From NCBI GenBank assembly GCA_005881695.1, contig VBBT01000113.1, positions 1 to 63,239 on the forward strand: a stretch of DNA of 63,239 nucleotides, in the 5' to 3' direction. Both the position numbers and the translations under genes were made by a program. The notes beneath the pieces are model-generated. The model did not search any database and was not told the DNA's origin. It saw only the letters and a list, made by a program, of their open reading frames with translations. This document shows, piece after piece, positions 63,087 to 63,239 of this stretch. Source of the stretch: Candidatus Bathyarchaeota archaeon (lineage in GTDB: Archaea > Thermoproteota > Bathyarchaeia > 40CM-2-53-6). Position 1 is the first letter of the stretch, and each line of letters begins with the position of its first letter.

Positions 63087-63239
63087 ATGGAAGAGCAATC
63101 GATTCCCATCGGTATGCTTCTGCAGAAAGCCGCCAAGATCCGAGCCCATATTCTTGAGATGGTAGCAGAGGCAAAGTCCGGCCACCCAGGCGGAAGCCTT
63201 TCGGCCGTTGAGATCCTTGTCTCTCTGTTCTTCTACAAA
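63087..63239 (+). CDS. Transketolase N-terminal subunit (partial, runs off the window)
   Basis: ...AKSGHPGGSLSAVEILVSLFF is the TPP-binding N-terminal signature. Confidence 0.8.
   Translation, partial: MEEQSIPIGMLLQKAAKIRAHILEMVAEAKSGHPGGSLSAVEILVSLFFYK

Noticed and set aside
1-63239. TAG reassigned to a sense codon or generally read through. This was prompted by in-frame TAG junctions at metE N/C, P1/P2, nurA/herA, gatD/gatE, etfB/etfA and Tat-signal/DUF4331.
   Set aside because: TAG is the commonest terminal codon among the confident genes I tallied. Long conserved genes (glmS, elp3, aroA, trpB, gatD and others) contain no internal TAG. The same in-frame short spacers occur after TAA and TGA (aroD/aroE, aroC/tyrA, asd/aroA'). 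The trpE start problem also cannot be explained by read-through. Local read-through at individual junctions is left open in the findings.

Overview
Archaeal chromosomal segment. The evidence is GatD/GatE, the archaeal ADH-synthase/DHQ-synthase-II route to shikimate, a GHMP-type shikimate kinase, Elp3, TATA-box/leaderless gene starts, and a tRNA with bulge-helix-bulge introns. The lineage is probably TACK/Thermoproteota-like (for example Bathyarchaeia), but I cannot place it from this window alone. About 70 protein genes are densely packed.

The core is a 16-gene, about 16-kb minus-strand supraoperon (27135-43095) running aspartate kinase, asd, aroA', aroB', aroD, aroE, shikimate kinase, aroA, aroC, CM/tyrA, trpE, trpG, trpD, trpC, trpB, trpA. 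Other housekeeping content:
- split metE
- gatDE and an Lrp-family regulator
- elp3, glmS, purA
- cofC/cofD plus an F420-type split-barrel reductase
- tatA/tatC
- etfBA-fixCX plus an acyl-CoA dehydrogenase
- a GT2 glycosyltransferase, an RfaE-like kinase and the start of a transketolase

The accessory part is roughly 2.9-19.3 kb. It holds a membrane-anchored Pro-rich KaiC-like ATPase, GNATs, a frameshifted SRPBCC-methyltransferase, a two-intron tRNA-Gly(UCC), a free-standing LAGLIDADG gene and a PLP-enzyme/rhodanese fusion.

The most interesting item is an orphan NurA-HerA pair. It is in an operon with two paralogous unrecognised wHTH proteins and faces a divergent small wHTH gene (10888-15070).

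A recurring oddity is that several strongly conserved genes (gatE, trpE, herA, probably trpG and etfB) have no ATG/GTG/TTG at the position where their conserved N-terminus begins. Instead ATA/ATC/CTG codons sit there, often exactly 6 nt after, or overlapping, the upstream stop.

I saw no rRNA, CRISPR array, transposase or integrase.
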